This document shows positions 63,216 to 64,000 of a stretch of DNA of 64,000 bases, piece by piece; position 1 is the first letter of the stretch, and each line of letters starts with the position of its first letter. A model generated the notes under the pieces. The model did no database searches. It saw only the letters and a program-made list of their open reading frames with translations, and was not told the origin of the DNA. Both the position numbers and the translations under genes were made by a program. Source of the stretch: Blastocystis sp. Blastoise (Eukaryota > Protista > Bigyra: Opalinata). The DNA is taken from assembly GCA_039096225.1 (NCBI GenBank), contig JBBPEB010000015.1:496001-560000 (forward strand), written 5' to 3'.

Positions 63216-64000
63216 GCTTTATTAGAACGGTCGCGAACTCTGGAAGCTTCTATAATACGTGAAATAACCATGGGAGAAGGTATACCAAGCTATATATATA
63301 TATATATATAAATCATAGGCCTTTGTAATGAATGACAATATTCTTATATATATATACATAATAAGAATCTCGACTATAATAATCAAATTTATCAACATCA
63401 ATACCATTACTATATATATATATAAATTAAATAGAAAGAGAATATATAGTACCTTATACGAATATTCTAATATATACTTTTTATTAGCAACAATTTGATA
63501 CATATATTCTTTCCCTTTCATTCCCGTCCATTCCCAGCCATCAGGTGCTTCTTTAGGACTACCAAGGATCATCTCATAGATACAATGAATATCCTATATA
63601 TGTATATATATATTATGGATATAAAATGCAAAAAAACAAAATATAGACAACACTCTTAATATATATATACATTGAACCATGAATAAAATCAATTGTTATG
63701 AGTATACTTAAATAATTATAATAAACAATATATATATGAATCATGAATAAAATCAATTATTATGAGTATACTTAAATAATTATAATAAACAATATATATA
63801 TGAATCATGAATAAAATCAATTATTATGAGTATACTTAAATAATTAAAACAAATATATATATATACTTCAGCATATAAATCATAATTTTCAAAAAGAGGA
63901 AGTAAATTATATTTATCGATAATTAATTGTAATAACCGTGTAGACATGATTTCATGAGACCATCCTTCACCTTTATTCATTATTCTTAAAAACTGAGTAT
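61382..64000 (-). CDS. SAMHD1: SAMHD1-like HD-domain dNTP triphosphohydrolase, 5' end outside the window
   Basis: WSHEIMS, YMYQIVANKNNGIDVDKFDYYSRD, ICY..K...IYEFFHSRASLHKRVYQHKV..SIEIML, R.LNRDLYKCVGE, IDFGMK.NNPVNNV.FF.K, LPDNF...IRIYSR. Ends GRKRRMSE* at 61382. Confidence 0.88.
62015..62150. repeat. 30-bp intronic minisatellite (AATAATAACTTAGAATAAACATAATAACTT), ~4.5 copies
   Basis: Visible tandem array; source of the spurious LLLSYYVYSK repeat ORF. Confidence 0.88.
63678..63850. repeat. 64-bp intronic tandem repeat, ~2.7 copies
   Basis: CATGAATAAAATCAATT.TTATGAGTATACTTAAATAATT... starts at 63678, 63742 and 63806. Confidence 0.9.

Overview
This is very AT-rich, intron-dense eukaryotic nuclear DNA, not prokaryotic. 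Most short ORFs in the supplied track are read-through of (AT)n/(AAT)n introns or antisense shadows. Splicing by eye gives about 17 protein-coding genes: a LOTUS/OST-HTH + 2xRRM protein, an AAAP amino-acid transporter, a 69-aa Hsk3-like protein, a PAS + Band-3 cytoplasmic + P-protein/ArsB-NhaD permease fusion, a ZnT9-like CDF transporter, an intronless bacterial-like MATE pump, a GH27 alpha-N-acetylgalactosaminidase-type enzyme, a CBS protein, a YAK1/DYRK kinase, an orphan ORF, a large formin, a GT4 glycosyltransferase, a legumain, an unknown membrane protein, a BTB/POZ protein, a PH+RCC1 protein and the 3' part of a SAMHD1-like dNTPase. The 35-45 nt 5' introns, AT-AC introns and divergent legumain suggest an AT-rich Blastocystis-like gut stramenopile; this is inference and was not verified. 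Highlights: (1) three U12-type AT-AC introns, each restoring a sensible reading frame; (2) the PAS/Band-3/P-permease chimera; (3) a formin whose FH1 region is replaced by six CCDC53/WASHC3-like repeats; (4) a legumain with a fully rewired S1 pocket; (5) a GT-GG intron; (6) a 5'-to-3' intron-length gradient with (AT)n tracts at both intron ends. All domain calls come from motif recognition by eye; no searches were run.
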